The notes beneath the pieces were generated by a model. The model saw only the letters and a list, made by a program, of their open reading frames with translations. It was not told the DNA's origin and ran no database searches. Shown in pieces: positions 1 through 8,561 of a stretch of 45,948 bases of DNA. A program made the position numbers and the translations under genes. Source of the stretch: a virus; IMG/VR virus record IMGVR_UViG_3300018083_000013, one strand, 5' to 3'. Position 1 is the stretch's first letter; every line of letters begins with the position of its first letter.

Positions 1-123
1 CGCCATCGCCCCAACCTCGATCGCGCTCGCGTCTGGCGTGGTCGAGAAGGTCGACATCGTCACCATTTCCGCCGCGAACATCATCGCGACCACTGCGGGA
101 GGTTTCGGTCACGCCGCGGGCTA
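1..123. repeat. Terminal overlap, identical to 45826..45948
   Basis: Direct reading: cgccatcgccccaacctcgatcgcg...cggtcacgccgcgggcta occurs at both ends. It lies inside a coding frame. Confidence 0.95.
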
Positions 124-463
124 CGAACTCCTCGCGGCGCCAGGCGCGGACGTGGGCGCAGAGTTCGTCTCGGCGGTCCTAGTCTACGACCGGGCGACGG
201 CGACGTACGGCAATGGCGGGAACATCACCGTCAACGCGACGGGTGGCTCGGCGCTCACGGGCCTCGTCTCTGCGGCCAACTCAGTCGGCAATGCCGCGGA
301 CAAGGTCGCCGTCCTCCGGCCACTGACGACCGCGGCCGAAGTGCTCGCGCCCAATGTCGGATTCAGTCTCGTCTCGAGCGCGGCGTTCACAAACCCTGGC
401 ACCGCGGCGGGCGTGATTCGCGTTGCGGTCCGGTATCGGCTGCACACGTTGGGCCTCACGTAG
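1..463 (+). CDS. 3' part of junction-spanning ORF (about 306 aa when 45368..45948 is joined to 124..463); virion-module protein of unknown function (candidate head decoration/fibre)
   Basis: Same reading frame as the open ORF starting at ATG 45368 once the 123-bp overlap is collapsed. It is Ala/Gly/Val/Thr-rich and beta-like, and sits between the portal and scaffold genes. Confidence 0.6.
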   Translation, partial: AIAPTSIALASGVVEKVDIVTISAANIIATTAGGFGHAAGYELLAAPGADVGAEFVSAVLVYDRATATYGNGGNITVNATGGSALTGLVSAANSVGNAADKVAVLRPLTTAAEVLAPNVGFSLVSSAAFTNPGTAAGVIRVAVRYRLHTLGLT

Positions 464-467
464 TCCG

Positions 468-818
468 ATGCCGCGTGATGTCAGCAACGAACGCCAGAAC
501 GCCAAGGTCCGCGAGGTCGCGGAACGGCGGGCGATGCGCCGGCGCGATGCGCTCCGGGCCGTCATGGACGACGCGCAAGGCCGGTTGTGGGTGCGGGAGT
601 TGATCGAGGGGTGCGGGATCTTTCTCGGCGGGTACCAACCGGACGGCGCGCGGCAGTACTTCGACGCGGGGCAGCGGAACATCGGGCTCGCGCTCTACGC
701 CGAATGCCTGCGCGATGCGCCGCAGAGTTTTCGGCTGATGGAAGACGAAGCGGCGAGCCGGAGCAAATCGGATGCGCGCGAAGACGCGGCGGCGCTGAAG
801 GAGCTCGACGGTGAGTGA
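468..818 (+). CDS. Bbp19-like small head-module protein
   Basis: ATG at 468 within track ORF 423..818. The segment LWVRELIEGCGIFLGGYQPDGARQYFDAGQRNIGLALY resembles the Bbp19 family pattern, recalled from memory. Position is portal-proximal. Confidence 0.5.
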   Translation: MPRDVSNERQNAKVREVAERRAMRRRDALRAVMDDAQGRLWVRELIEGCGIFLGGYQPDGARQYFDAGQRNIGLALYAECLRDAPQSFRLMEDEAASRSKSDAREDAAALKELDGE

Positions 819-987
819 CGAGGTTGACGAGTACGAGGTCGCGAGCCAGCGCACGCTCGAAGAGATCGAAGCGCAGCGCGGTGTCGACGTGCCGGACTTG
901 AGCAAGTTGCCGGTCGTGCCGGAGCGCGAGGATTACCAGCACGCCGAGCCCGTGATTGAGCGCCGCCAGTTGGGCGGCGAGGAGTGA
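811..987 (+). CDS. Small acidic hypothetical protein (58 aa, below the track cutoff)
   Basis: GTG 811 to TGA 985-987 with no internal stop and high GC3. It fills the gap before the scaffold gene. Confidence 0.45.
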   Translation: MSDEVDEYEVASQRTLEEIEAQRGVDVPDLSKLPVVPEREDYQHAEPVIERRQLGGEE

Positions 988-991
988 GGAC

Positions 992-1603
992 ATGAGCACC
1001 GAAACACCCGTTCTTGAAACCCCCGCAGCCGGAGTGCAGCCAGGCGTGACGCCAGCCGCAGCCGGCACGGAGACGCCTGCGGTTGCCGCAGGCCAGCCCG
1101 AAGCCACACCCGAGGCCGGCACGCCGGCGCCAGTCGCAGGACCGCCTGAGACGTACGCGCTGACCGTGGCCGATGACGGCGTGGTAACGGCCGAAGGGCT
1201 CAAAGCCTTCGAGGAAGAGGCGCGCACGCTCGGGCTCACGAACGAGGCCGCACAGGCGCATCTCAACCGGCGGATCGACGCCTTCTACGCGCAGTCCGAC
1301 GCGGACATCGCGGCGGTCGAAGCGGATCCGACATACGGCGGGGCGAAGTTGGCCGAGACACAGCGACTGGCTGAGTCGGCGCTCAACCGTTTTGCGCCGA
1401 AGGGAACGACACACGGGGATGCGATTCGTGACCTCCTCCGGGGCTCCGGGCGAGGCAACGCGCTCCCGATCGTGGCGTTCATGGCAGAAATCGGCCGGGC
1501 GGCTCAAGAAGATCGCCCGGTCACTGGCGGCAACAACGTACCAGCGGAGAAACCGAAGTCCGACGCAGAGGTCTTCTACCCGCCGGAGACGGCCGCGCAG
1601 TAA
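992..1603 (+). CDS. Scaffolding protein (candidate)
   Basis: ATG 992 preceded by ggagtgagga. It has a Pro/Ala/Thr-rich N-terminus followed by a helical acidic region, and lies immediately upstream of the major capsid gene, as T7 gp9 does. Confidence 0.6.
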   Translation: MSTETPVLETPAAGVQPGVTPAAAGTETPAVAAGQPEATPEAGTPAPVAGPPETYALTVADDGVVTAEGLKAFEEEARTLGLTNEAAQAHLNRRIDAFYAQSDADIAAVEADPTYGGAKLAETQRLAESALNRFAPKGTTHGDAIRDLLRGSGRGNALPIVAFMAEIGRAAQEDRPVTGGNNVPAEKPKSDAEVFYPPETAAQ

Positions 1604-1624
1604 TTCGGAAACAGAGGACACCAC

Positions 1625-2638
1625 ATGGCTGCTCTTGACACGGGCGTTTACACGCTCCTGGACATCGCGAAGCAGACGGGACCGGACGGCAAGACCGCCC
1701 GCCTGATCAACATGCTCGCGCAGAAGGACGAACTCACTCCGCGCATTCCCTTCATGGAATGCAACGACGGATCGACGCACGTCGAAACCGTCACCACGGC
1801 CCTGCCGACGGTCGGCTTCCGGTCGATCAACGAAGCCGTCAGCCCGTCCAAGGGTGACGACACGCAGGAGCGATTCGGGACGGGTCTAATGACCACGTAC
1901 TCGAAGGTCGACGCGAAGCTCGCGGCGATGGCTCCCAACGTGGGCGCCTTCCGTCTCAACTCGGCGCAGAAGTTCATCGAGGCCATGCGCCAGAAGGCCA
2001 TGTCCACGCTGTTCTACGGCAACAGCGGCACGGCGCCCAAGGAGTTCAACGGCCTGTCGCGCTACTTCAACAGCCTGACGGCGACCACACAGGCGTCCGC
2101 GGTGAACGTCATCGACGCGGCCGGCACGCAGGACTCGCCCTCGGACCTGTCGTCCATCTGGCTCGTCAGTCTCGGCCGCGACACCGTCTTCGGTCTGCAT
2201 CCCAAGGGACTCCCGGCGGGACTCGAGCACTTCGATCGCGGCGTGCAGTTGGTTCCGGGCGCGACGGGCGCCGCGGGTTCCATGCTGACCATGCTCGTGG
2301 ACGAGTTCAACTGGTCACTCGGACTCTGCATTCCTGACTGGCGCGCGGCCGGTCGTGTCGCGAACATCGACATCAGCGACCGCCAGGCGGCGACCGATGC
2401 CGTGCTTCCGCAGTTGGTCCGTCGTCTCATCGCCTCCGTCGAGGAAGGCACGGGCACGCGCTACCTGGTGATGAATCGCACCGTGAAGTTCCTCTTCGAG
2501 ACGGAATGCCGTCGCGAAGTGAGCGCCGGCGGTGGCATCACGTACGACAACTTCGACGGCACGCGCCTCGCGGTGTTCGACGGCATCCCGATTCTCCGCT
2601 GCGACGGGCTGCTCAACACGGAAACAGCAGTCAGCTAA
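1625..2638 (+). CDS. Major capsid protein (HK97-fold type)
   Basis: 337 aa with RBS agagga. The position scaffold -> capsid -> cement, the N-terminal pattern LLDIAKQ...LINMLAQKDELTPRIPFMECNDG and a strong terminator downstream of the pair all support the call. Confidence 0.8.
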   Translation: MAALDTGVYTLLDIAKQTGPDGKTARLINMLAQKDELTPRIPFMECNDGSTHVETVTTALPTVGFRSINEAVSPSKGDDTQERFGTGLMTTYSKVDAKLAAMAPNVGAFRLNSAQKFIEAMRQKAMSTLFYGNSGTAPKEFNGLSRYFNSLTATTQASAVNVIDAAGTQDSPSDLSSIWLVSLGRDTVFGLHPKGLPAGLEHFDRGVQLVPGATGAAGSMLTMLVDEFNWSLGLCIPDWRAAGRVANIDISDRQAATDAVLPQLVRRLIASVEEGTGTRYLVMNRTVKFLFETECRREVSAGGGITYDNFDGTRLAVFDGIPILRCDGLLNTETAVS

Positions 2639-2651
2639 CCGGAGGATTCAG

Positions 2652-3092
2652 ATGATTCTTGACGAACTGCTCAAGCTGGCTGCGGGCCAGCAGGTCACGG
2701 TAGATGCCGTGTCCACGTCGTCCTACGACGCCGGAAACGTCACCCCGAAGCGGAACATCGCGGAAGGCACCGCCCTCGCGATCGTGGTGGTCATCACCGC
2801 CATCGGCACCAACACCGGCAGCGTGAAGTTCGAAGCGATTCAGTCGGCGGCTGCGGCCCTGACCTCCCCGAAGATTCTCGGGGAAGTGGACGCAGAGACG
2901 GCAGACATCGCGGTCGGCGCCACGTTCATCATCCCGATCGGCCGCGGTATTCCCTCGCTGCGGTACTTCGGGCTGAACAACAACATCACCGGCACGGTCG
3001 ATTACACGTACTCGGCGTGGATTGTGCCGCGCAACGCCGCGGTCGGCCTCGCGCAGTTCTACGCGCGGGCCTACACGGTCGACCTGAGCTAG
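2652..3092 (+). CDS. Bbp16-like capsid cement/decoration protein
   Basis: ATG 2652 after ggagga. The MILDELL... start and overall pattern resemble Bbp16-family proteins, recalled from memory. It lies directly after the capsid gene. Confidence 0.55.
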   Translation: MILDELLKLAAGQQVTVDAVSTSSYDAGNVTPKRNIAEGTALAIVVVITAIGTNTGSVKFEAIQSAAAALTSPKILGEVDAETADIAVGATFIIPIGRGIPSLRYFGLNNNITGTVDYTYSAWIVPRNAAVGLAQFYARAYTVDLS

Positions 3093-3102
3093 TCACACAT
3101 CG

Positions 3103-3146
3103 CCCGCCGGGCCGATGGGGCTCGGCGGGTGCGTTTCTCTTTCTCG
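3103..3146 (+). terminator. Rho-independent terminator after the capsid/cement genes
   Basis: Stem cccgccg (3103-3109) pairs with cggcggg (3123-3129) and is followed by the T-rich tgcgtttctctttctc. Confidence 0.6.
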
Positions 3147-3156
3147 AGGTGAACCA

Positions 3157-3459
3157 ATGGCAGGCAAACGATCCAGAACGGATTCGACGGCGCCGAAGGC
3201 AGCGGCGCCGAAGGCGACGACGACAGGATTCAGGGTGCGCGCGGTGCGCCAGGGCATCGATCCGACCGGCACGTTGCGCGACCGAGGCGACGAGTTCTTT
3301 CTCAGCAATCCGAAGTTCTTCTCCGATGCGTCCGTCCAGAAGGTCAGGCACGGCAAGAACACCGGCGTCTTCGGCTGGATGGAGCGCGTGGACGGCAACG
3401 CCGCGCCTGTCGCTGCGCCGCCCGTGGAAGACTCGACCACAGAATCTGACGTGATCTAA
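3157..3459 (+). CDS. Hypothetical virion-module protein (100 aa)
   Basis: ATG 3157 after gaggtg, in frame with track ORF 3115..3459. Confidence 0.55.
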   Translation: MAGKRSRTDSTAPKAAAPKATTTGFRVRAVRQGIDPTGTLRDRGDEFFLSNPKFFSDASVQKVRHGKNTGVFGWMERVDGNAAPVAAPPVEDSTTESDVI

Positions 3460-3467
3460 GCGGATCA

Positions 3468-4769
3468 ATGGACCGCGATCCCCAGGCCATCACCGACGAC
3501 ATCGCGACGGTTGCGCTGGCGCTCGCCGCGCTCGACCCGGAGCACTTCTGGCCGCTCACGGAGTCAGGCACGTCGGGCGCCGATAGCGGCTACGGCAGCA
3601 AAGCGATCACGTTGTCCGGCACACCAACGCGCCAGGTGTCGCTCGGCTATGGTCTGGTCGGGACGCGGTTCGACGGGTCCAACGACTTCGGGTCGATCGC
3701 CGCAACACCACGGGCGAGCTCGACCACGTTCTCGATTCTCGCGTGGCTCAAACCATCGCTCGGTGGCGACACGAATCAGTCAGTACTGTCGGCATCGGGC
3801 GGGTCTGGCCCTGGCTTCTACTTCAACACGGACGCGCGCAAGCCTTACTTCATTCACACGGGCGGATTCGATCTGGCGGCGGATCTGCCGGCGCTGGCGT
3901 ATCGCACACTCGCGCTCATCGCCATTCGCGTCACGGCCGGTGTTGCGGAGTTTGGCCTGAACGGCGTCTTTTATGAGGGCGGTGGCGGGTCAGACCCGAA
4001 CATTCCGACGTTCACGCCTGACCGGGTGGGTGGCAATTCCGGATCTACCGGCCGTCTGTGCGGCGACGTGGGCAACGTCGTCTACATGCCCGGCGTGCTC
4101 ATCACCGATCAGCAGTTCGCGGAACTCTGGGCGCAGCGGCATCCGTGCCACACGGCGAGTCTCGCGGTCGTCAATCAGGCGTTGTCGAAACTCGGCCAGA
4201 GTCGGGCGCTGACAGACCTCTCGACCGATGCGACCCCGGCCGGCGTCGAGGCGCGGCTCCAGTACCCCACGGCGGTCGAATCGGTCCTGCGGGCGTTCGC
4301 GTGGCCGTTCGCGAATCGCTACGAGGTGCTGGAACTGGTCGAGGGCACGGCCGCGGTCGCCGTGAACTCCGATTGGCAGTACAGCTACCGCGCGCCGGAT
4401 CGGATGGTGCGCGCGATTCGAATCGTCCGGCCAGGACTGAAGCGCCTCTACGACCCGGCGCCGCCGCCGTTCGCCATCGGCCAGGACGCGCACGGCTGGC
4501 TCCTCTTCACGGACTACGAGGACGCGGAACTTGAGTACACGACGCGCACCGTCTGTCCGGCGCTCCACGGCGATGTGTTCTTTCGTGAGGCGCTGAGTTG
4601 GTACCTCGCCTATCTAATGGCGCCGACCGTCGCGAAGGATGAGCAGAAGGCGCAGGCGTGCCTCTCGATGTTTGGCGCGACCCTCTCGCGCGCGGTGGCC
4701 GGCGCGGCCAATGAGCAGGAGCCGCAGGACACCAACCAGAACGACCCGGATTGGATCACGAACCGATGA
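3468..4769 (+). CDS. T7 gp11-like tail tubular protein A / gatekeeper with an N-terminal LamG-like (Laminin_G_3) domain
   Basis: C-terminal half: VNQALSKLGQSRALTDLSTDATPAGVEARLQYPTAVESVLRAFAWPFA parallels T7 gp11 VNDILASIGEPPVSTLEGD...[20 protein letters not shown]. N-terminal aa 27-223 carry LamG hallmarks (FDGSNDF..., TFSILAWLKP, ...ITDQQFAELWA). Confidence 0.7.
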   Translation: MDRDPQAITDDIATVALALAALDPEHFWPLTESGTSGADSGYGSKAITLSGTPTRQVSLGYGLVGTRFDGSNDFGSIAATPRASSTTFSILAWLKPSLGGDTNQSVLSASGGSGPGFYFNTDARKPYFIHTGGFDLAADLPALAYRTLALIAIRVTAGVAEFGLNGVFYEGGGGSDPNIPTFTPDRVGGNSGSTGRLCGDVGNVVYMPGVLITDQQFAELWAQRHPCHTASLAVVNQALSKLGQSRALTDLSTDATPAGVEARLQYPTAVESVLRAFAWPFANRYEVLELVEGTAAVAVNSDWQYSYRAPDRMVRAIRIVRPGLKRLYDPAPPPFAIGQDAHGWLLFTDYEDAELEYTTRTVCPALHGDVFFREALSWYLAYLMAPTVAKDEQKAQACLSMFGATLSRAVAGAANEQEPQDTNQNDPDWITNR

Positions 4770-7597
4770 GTCAGTCGGTCGTCCTGCGTTCATTTTCCGC
4801 CGGGGAGCTCGCGCCGTCGATTGGCGCACGCGCGGACTTGCCGAAGTACACGATCGCCGCGCGCACGGTCCGGAACTTTCTCGTGCAGAAGCATGGCGGC
4901 GTGGCGAATCGGCCAGGGCTCGCATTCATCGAACGTGTGAAAGGCGGGATCGCGTACCGAGCCGCGGTGCTCGCGCGCGCACCGACAAATTACTGGCGCC
5001 TGAATGAAGCGGGGAGCGGGACCGTCGCGTATGACCTCGGGTCCGGCCTCGATAACGGCACGTACGCCGGGAGCCCCACGCAAGGGACGGTCATGGCTTA
5101 CGGGGGCGTGGGTGTCACGTTCGACGGGGTCAACGATCAGGTCACGTATGCCGGGGTCGCCGCGTCGACGACGACCTTCACGGTCTCCGCGTGGCTCCGA
5201 CCAGGCACGCCGGGCGCGACGAACGCCTCGATATTTTCCGACACACCCTCGGGTACCACAAACGGGCTGTATCTGAGCACGGCAAACCTTCCGACGTTGT
5301 ACGTCAACGGCGCCGCGGTCCTTCAGGCGCCCGCGTTGACCGTGGGCAGTGAGCACCTCGTCACGATCGTCGTGACGGCCGGTGTCGCGCAGTGGTACAT
5401 CGACGGTGTCGCGAGTGGCGGGACCGTGGGCAGCGTCATCTCCTGGACCCCGACCGAAACCAGTACAACCGGGTCACGATTCACCGGGGTGCTCTCAGAC
5501 CTCGCCTATTGGTCAGGCGTGGCGCTCACCGCCAACCAGATCGCGGCGCTCTACGCGGCCCGCTATGACACGCAAGTCCAGTTGTTGAAGTACCTTGCGG
5601 ACGACCCGAACGAATCGATCCTGATTGAAGCGGGCGCCGGGTATCTGCGGTTCTACAAGGACGGGGCACAGGTCAACATCTCGGCGCCGACCGCCTGGAG
5701 CAACGCGACGGCCTACACGGCTGGCGACCTCGTGTCGCTTGCTGGCATCAACTACTACTGCATCCTCGCCCACACGAACCAGAGCCCGCCGAACGCGACC
5801 TACTGGTACGCGCTCACCGGCACGATCTACGAGATTCCGACGCCGTTCGCGAGCGGGTTCCGCTGGAACCAGTCCGGCGCGGTGATCACGCTCACGAATA
5901 CGGGTGTGGCGCCCTACGAATTGATCTACCTGTCGCTCACGCGATGGGTGCTACAGGCCGTGGCGATTGCTCCGGCGTCACCGACACCGACCAACGTGAC
6001 CGCGGCGTTTGCCTCGACGCCAGGACCGCAGGCCGACCAGTACCAGTACGCCGTGACCGCCGGCGCGCCTGGCAGCTTCGAAGAATCACTCGCCGGGGTC
6101 TCGGCTCGCGCGAGCGCGAATCCGCCGACCGCCACGGGGCCGAACGTCATCACCTGGGACGCCATGACGTACGGGGGCGTGGCGTGTCCGGAGTACTACG
6201 TCTATCGGGACAGCACGAAAAGCCTGTCGCGGCAGTTCCTCGGCACGGCTCGGACCAACGTGTTCCTCGACACCGGACTCGCGGAGGATCCGGCGCTGAC
6301 CCCGCCGATCAACGACATCGACCTGACGAGCTCGGCCAATCGTCCAGCCCTCTCCGCGTTCCACCAGCAGCGACGGTTCTTCGCGAACACGACGACGACA
6401 CCGGACGCGATCTGGGGCTCGAGGGTCGGGCAGCGATCGAACTTCTGCCGGTCGTCGCCCTTGCAGGACGACGACTCGCTGACGATTCGGATCGCGCAGA
6501 ACCAGAACCACCCGGTCCGGCATCTCGTCTCGGTCGCGGCCGGGCTGATTGTCTTCACCGCCGGCGGCGAGCACCGCATCATCTCCGCGGACGGCCCGGG
6601 CGGTCCCATCAGCCCGAACAGCCTGGACGCGATTCAGGATCTCTACGTGGGCGCCTCCGATGTCGTGCCGGAAGTGATCGGCAACTCGGTGATCTACGTG
6701 CAGGCGCGCGGCAAGGTCGTGCGCGATGTCCAGTACAACCAGGAAGTCGAAGGACTGGCCGGGCGCGACCTCACGCTCCTCGCGGGGCATTTCTTCGAGA
6801 AGTACACGATCAACGCCATCGCCTACCAGCAGAACGATCATTCGATTCTCTGGGCGGTCCGGTCGGACGGCACGCTCCTCGGGATGACCTACATCCGCGA
6901 GCAGGACATCTGGGGCTGGCATCGGCACGACTCCTACACGCGCGCCGGCCAGAGCGTGTTCGAAAGCATCTGCGTGGTCCCGGAAGACCACGAGGATGTC
7001 TTGTATGCGATCGTCGCGCGCTCGATCAACGGCAGCACCGTGCGCCTCATCGAACGGCTCGAGACCCGCGTGATTACGGACCTCGCGACCAATGCGATGT
7101 TCCTTGACTGTTCGCTGTCGCGCGTGACGGGCGGCGCCATCTCGACGTTGACGGGCCTCTCGCATCTCGAGGGCGAGACCATTGGCGTCGTGGGCGATGG
7201 CGTCTACCTCGGGACGTTCACGGTCGCGAGCGGTCAGGTCGTGCTCGGCGCGTCGTATTCGAAGATTCACGCGGGCCTGCTGTTCACCTCGGACCTCGAG
7301 ACGCTGGATCTGGATGTGGCCGGCGGTGACATCCGCGATCGGAAGAAGCGGGTCGGGTCCGTGTCGATGCTGCTGCAGGATTCGAATCGTCAGATTCAGG
7401 TCGGCATCAACGAAGCCACGCTCACGGCCTACACGCCGGGCGAAGCGGAGTCGCCTGCGACCGCCGAGTTCTCCGGCCTGGTCGAACTCCCGGTGATTAC
7501 CGAGCCCAACTACGAGGGCCGCGTGTTCATTCGGCAGGCGACACCGTTGCCGCTCACGATTCTTGGCGTGATTCCGCGCGTGGAGATGGGGGCATGA
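4766..7597 (+). CDS. gp12-like tail tubular protein B / nozzle with an inserted LamG-like domain and a CBM5/12-like motif
   Basis: ATG 4766 overlaps the upstream stop (ATGA). The protein is 943 aa and follows the gp11-like gene, as in T7. LamG insert at aa 76-266 (YWRLNEAG...FDGVNDQV...TFTVSAWLRP...LTANQIAALYAA). WSNATAYTAGDLVSLAGINYYCILAHTNQSPPNATYWYAL is CBM5/12-like. Confidence 0.6.
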   Translation: MSQSVVLRSFSAGELAPSIGARADLPKYTIAARTVRNFLVQKHGGVANRPGLAFIERVKGGIAYRAAVLARAPTNYWRLNEAGSGTVAYDLGSGLDNGTYAGSPTQGTVMAYGGVGVTFDGVNDQVTYAGVAASTTTFTVSAWLRPGTPGATNASIFSDTPSGTTNGLYLSTANLPTLYVNGAAVLQAPALTVGSEHLVTIVVTAGVAQWYIDGVASGGTVGSVISWTPTETSTTGSRFTGVLSDLAYWSGVALTANQIAALYAARYDTQVQLLKYLADDPNESILIEAGAGYLRFYKDGAQVNISAPTAWSNATAYTAGDLVSLAGINYYCILAHTNQSPPNATYWYALTGTIYEIPTPFASGFRWNQSGAVITLTNTGVAPYELIYLSLTRWVLQAVAIAPASPTPTNVTAAFASTPGPQADQYQYAVTAGAPGSFEESLAGVSARASANPPTATGPNVITWDAMTYGGVACPEYYVYRDSTKSLSRQFLGTARTNVFLDTGLAEDPALTPPINDIDLTSSANRPALSAFHQQRRFFANTTTTPDAIWGSRVGQRSNFCRSSPLQDDDSLTIRIAQNQNHPVRHLVSVAAGLIVFTAGGEHRIISADGPGGPISPNSLDAIQDLYVGASDVVPEVIGNSVIYVQARGKVVRDVQYNQEVEGLAGRDLTLLAGHFFEKYTINAIAYQQNDHSILWAVRSDGTLLGMTYIREQDIWGWHRHDSYTRAGQSVFESICVVPEDHEDVLYAIVARSINGSTVRLIERLETRVITDLATNAMFLDCSLSRVTGGAISTLTGLSHLEGETIGVVGDGVYLGTFTVASGQVVLGASYSKIHAGLLFTSDLETLDLDVAGGDIRDRKKRVGSVSMLLQDSNRQIQVGINEATLTAYTPGEAESPATAEFSGLVELPVITEPNYEGRVFIRQATPLPLTILGVIPRVEMGA

Positions 7598-7956
7598 TGG
7601 ATCACCCGCTGACGCGCCAAGACTTGCGCGATGCGGCCGATGACCTCATCGAGCGCGTCGATGAGCGGTTTGAGGCGATGCGGAGCCGCGGCGACGAACG
7701 GCACGCGGACAACGTGAAGCGACTCGACCGGCACACCGAACAACTCGGCCGCATCGAAACCCAATGCAACAAGACGAACGGCCGTGTCGATGCGCTCGAA
7801 GACCTCAACGACAAGCGCGAACGGAACGCGCCGAAGGGTGAAGACCGACCACTGACGCGCCGCGAACTCGCGTGGGTGCTGGTGCTGCTGGTCGGCGCCT
7901 CGTCATCGACGGCCGGCGTCGTGGTCTGGCTCCTGACGCATCGGGTGGGCCAGTAA
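7594..7956 (+). CDS. gp13-position small virion protein, coiled coil with C-terminal TM helix
   Basis: ATGA overlap with the upstream gene. C-terminal LAWVLVLLVGASSSTAGVVVWLL. Confidence 0.6.
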   Translation: MMDHPLTRQDLRDAADDLIERVDERFEAMRSRGDERHADNVKRLDRHTEQLGRIETQCNKTNGRVDALEDLNDKRERNAPKGEDRPLTRRELAWVLVLLVGASSSTAGVVVWLLTHRVGQ

Positions 7957-8558
7957 TGGGTTGGGTGGTCCCGGCCGTCGCGGTCGTCTCGACCGTCATC
8001 CAGGCGGTCCAGACCAAGAAGGCTGGCAACGCCGCGGCGAAGGCCGGGCTGCAGGAACAGGAAGCGCGGAACGCCGCGGGCCGTCTCTTCGACTGGAACG
8101 CGGGTGTCGCGGAACTGCAGGCGCGAGACGCTGAAGCGCGCGGCGTCATTGACGAAGCGCGGTTCCGCCAGCAGATCAGCAAGTTTATCGGCACGCAGCG
8201 CACAGTCCAGGCCGCGAGCGGAACGGATGTCAACTACGGGTCGAACGTCGATGTGCAGGCCGACACCGCGTATCTGGGCGAGCTCGACGCGCTGACGATT
8301 CGCACGAACGCGGCGCGCGAGGCGTGGGGCTACCGCGTCGAAGGCGTCGACATGAAGGCGCGGGCCGAGATTTCTCGGAAGTCCGGCGTGCAGGCTGCGG
8401 AGGCTGGCCGCGCGCAGCGTTCAGCGGCGAACTGGAGTATCGCCGGGAACATCCTCGGCACCGGCTCCTCGCTCCTCGCGGCGAAGTACGGATTCGGCAA
8501 GCAGCAGAAGACCTTCACGCCGACGCGCAACAACCTGCGTCTCGTTGCCCCCTGGTAA
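7956..8558 (+). CDS. gp14-position internal virion/ejection protein (N-terminal TM helix)
   Basis: ATG 7956 overlaps the upstream stop (TAATG). N-terminal MGWVVPAVAVVSTVIQAV. Called on synteny with the T7 core genes. Confidence 0.6.
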   Translation: MGWVVPAVAVVSTVIQAVQTKKAGNAAAKAGLQEQEARNAAGRLFDWNAGVAELQARDAEARGVIDEARFRQQISKFIGTQRTVQAASGTDVNYGSNVDVQADTAYLGELDALTIRTNAAREAWGYRVEGVDMKARAEISRKSGVQAAEAGRAQRSAANWSIAGNILGTGSSLLAAKYGFGKQQKTFTPTRNNLRLVAPW

Positions 8559-8561
8559 CCG

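Noticed and set aside
1-123. True T7-like direct terminal repeats
   Set aside because: The repeat lies inside a continuous coding frame, and the phage has a TerS/TerL pair plus an integrase. An assembly overlap of a circular or permuted genome is more parsimonious, though this cannot be excluded without read data.
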